NCBI GenBank assembly: GCA_963675745.2
Contig: CAXXWX010000015.1
Location: 64,001 to 128,000, forward strand
DNA length: 64,000 nt
Direction: 5' to 3'
DNA from: Phycisphaerae bacterium
Lineage (GTDB): Bacteria > Planctomycetota > Phycisphaerae > UBA1845 > Fen-1342
In this document: positions 62,017 through 64,000 of the stretch, piece after piece
How the letters are laid out: each line of letters opens with the position of its first letter
How positions within the stretch are numbered: the stretch's first letter is position 1
Notes under the pieces: generated by a model
What the model was told of the DNA's origin: nothing
Seen by the model: the letters and a program-made list of their open reading frames with translations, nothing else
Databases searched by the model: none
Program-made: the position numbers and the translations under genes

Positions 62017-64000
62017 ATGCGACCCAAGACAAGTTACCGGCTCTCGGCGGCTGTGATTGTCGCCGCCGTGGTTCTATCCAGCACCAGTGCAGTCGAACAG
62101 GGGAGTGGCGTGCCTGCAGCCTTCGTGTCGGCGCCTGGCGCCAACAGCCTGGCCGACGGCGCACCGCAGGACTACGACGCGATCGCCGGCGCCCTGCACG
62201 CGGCCACAGCGAGTTTGACCGAAGCCGGCAACTACCTGTTGCCGCCGGGAACCACCACCGACAGCGTGGCCTGGGACGGCAATGTCATGGTGATTCACCT
62301 GACAATACCGTTCGAGACCAGCGACTGGTGGCTGTCGCCGCTTGACATGGAGACCCTGGGGCTCGTCATGGGCAGCCCTTACAGGGATGATCCAGCCTTT
62401 GGCGGCACGCGCGTGCGTGCGCGTGTCGGCGTTGATCAGCCATATGACACGTTGGAGCAGTTCCTGCTGGTGCCGCCGTATTCGCCGGCGGACGTGCAAC
62501 CCTCGATCGACGAGACTGAGGGAGCGCTAAGCGATAGACCGGCGACGAGTATGGGTGGCGAGACGGCGTTCGGCGGCCCGACCGCGAATGCGGCGCGGCA
62601 ACCGACGGGCGCGCTCAGCGGCGTGGTTGTGTATGCCTCGGCCGGGCACGGTTGGACGGCAAACGACACGCGCTGGTACTTGCAGCGCCCGGTCCTGCTC
62701 GACATGGCCGAAGATTACGGCAATATCGATCAGCTCAATTACTTCGTACATTACGCCTTTAACGCCGGTGCTACTGTCGTGCCCATGCGGCCAGTGGGGT
62801 GGCAGCCGATCGAGATCGTGCTGGACAACGATGATGCGGGGGTGACCTACGCCGGCGCGTGGAGCGACAGCACCGCGGCCAAGTACTACGAGAACGGCAC
62901 GGTTTTGTCCGGCGTGTCGTATCGGTATTCGACGGCGAACGTGACCGAGACGGCCACCGCGCGATACACGCCGACCATTGCCGTAACCGACTTCTATCCC
63001 GTCTATTGCTTTGCGCTGGCCAGCACGAATCGCACGCTGCAGACTTATCGCGTGAGCCATAGCGGCGGCATCAGCGAGATCACCATCGATCATCGCGACG
63101 TCGGCAGTGGTTGGATCTGGCTGGGTGATTACTACTGTGAGGCCGGCGGCGACAACTATGTCGAAATAACAAACATGTCGCCGGAAGCCGGCGTGGTTGT
63201 CGCTGACGCGATCCGCTGGGGCGGCGGGATTGGCGACATTGTGCGGCCCGGTCCGGGGACGATCAGCGGCTATCCCCGCGATGAAGAGTGCCAGCGTTAC
63301 TGGGCCCATAGCGAGTTCGGCAACAACGCCGCCGGCTTCGACTCGGGCATCTGGGATATCCCCGGCTCCAGCGACGGTAGCGACAACGTAGGCACCGGGG
63401 CGCGCGTGGCGCGCGAGATGAACCAGGTTCCCGCGGGTGGCGTGCAGGTCGATCGCTGGAAACGGATTCACCTGGAGTTTCATACGAACGCATCCGGTGG
63501 AACCGCGCGGGGGCAGATTTGCCTGATTACGGATTTGGGGGCCACCACCTATCAGGCGCAGTTCGCGACGACGCTGGCCGACGAAGTTGATGCGGATCTG
63601 TTGCTGATCGATGACGAGTTTGAGCACCAGTGGATCGACCGCACCAGTTCGACCTATACCAGCTCGTACGGCGCGATCGCCACTTCCAACAACAGCAATG
63701 AGTTTGATGCGACCATCGTTGAGCTGGCTTTTCACGATAACCAGGACGACGCGGAGTTGCTGCGCGATTGCCGCGTGCGCTCGGCGATGGCCCGCGCGTG
63801 CGTGCACGGGATCATCCGTTTCCTCAATACGCTGCCCGACAGCCAGGTGCCGCTCGATTTCGCGCCGGATACGCCGCGCAATGTGCGAGTCGAAGACCTC
63901 GGCGGTGGTGACGTTCGCATCTCGTGGCAAGCGCCACTTGTCGATGGAGCCCGGGGCGATGCGGCAACCGGGTATGTTGTGTACCAGTCTTCCAATGGCT
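62017..64000 (+). CDS. Large secreted N-acetylmuramoyl-L-alanine amidase (Amidase_3) with golvesin-like insert and FN3 domain; runs off the window
   Basis: Not in the ORF track (no stop in window). Segments translated by hand: signal peptide MRPKTSYRLSAAVIV, VYASAGHG, MAEDY, LDNDD..VVADAIRW, IHLEFHTNA, TIVELAFHDN, PRNVRV..ISWQAP..GYVVY. Confidence 0.82.
   Translation, partial: MRPKTSYRLSAAVIVAAVVLSSTSAVEQGSGVPAAFVSAPGANSLADGAPQDYDAIAGALHAATASLTEAGNYLLPPGTTTDSVAWDGNVMVIHLTIPFETSDWWLSPLDMETLGLVMGSPYRDDPAFGGTRVRARVGVDQPYDTLEQFLLVPPYSPADVQPSIDETEGALSDRPATSMGGETAFGGPTANAARQPTGALSGVVVYASAGHGWTANDTRWYLQRPVLLDMAEDYGNIDQLNYFVHYAFNAGATVVPMRPVGWQPIEIVLDNDDAGVTYAGAWSDSTAAKYYENGTVLSGVSYRYSTANVTETATARYTPTIAVTDFYPVYCFALASTNRTLQTYRVSHSGGISEITIDHRDVGSGWIWLGDYYCEAGGDNYVEITNMSPEAGVVVADAIRWGGGIGDIVRPGPGTISGYPRDEECQRYWAHSEFGNNAAGFDSGIWDIPGSSDGSDNVGTGARVAREMNQVPAGGVQVDRWKRIHLEFHTNASGGTARGQICLITDLGATTYQAQFATTLADEVDADLLLIDDEFEHQWIDRTSSTYTSSYGAIATSNNSNEFDATIVELAFHDNQDDAELLRDCRVRSAMARACVHGIIRFLNTLPDSQVPLDFAPDTPRNVRVEDLGGGDVRISWQAPLVDGARGDAATGYVVYQSSNG

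Noticed and set aside
62527..63930. 467-aa minus-strand ORF
   Set aside because: Antisense shadow of the plus-strand amidase gene; no recognisable motifs.

Overview
GC-rich bacterial chromosomal window, inferred to be Planctomycetota (probably Phycisphaerae) from its GDLNCDGxVNNGDIDAF dockerin-like domains, a DUF1559-like domain and CxxCGY..RCPECG zinc-ribbon proteins. Most of it is housekeeping or metabolic: dinG-family helicase, rsmJ, xseA, rpsI/rplM, tyrA, aroC, glnS, MoxR, galM, tRNA-Arg(ACG) and tRNA-Leu(GAG). Accessory content: (i) at 0.1-5.1 kb, an array of orphan Rhs fragments, a toxin tip and immunity genes, interrupted by a REP-associated (RAYT-type) HUH/Y1 transposase with 22-bp inverted ends, an internal promoter and a stuttered right end; (ii) at 24.0-25.5 kb, an IS200-like Y1 TnpA followed by about 1 kb of two-hairpin repeat units including a 4 x 134-bp array; (iii) two dispersed GTAG-type REP families, several with iterated partial copies; (iv) an ECF sigma factor paired with an anti-sigma carrying a DUF1559-like domain; (v) an Mrr-like nuclease and an ISAs1 remnant; (vi) at 55.9-64 kb, a murQ / Na+ symporter / 2 x DUF187 hydrolase / amidase cluster suggesting peptidoglycan scavenging. 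No CRISPR array, rRNA, reverse transcriptase or prophage was seen. Two short tandem duplications (glnS start, ChaN-like gene) may be assembly artefacts. All family calls come from motif recognition by eye, not database searches.
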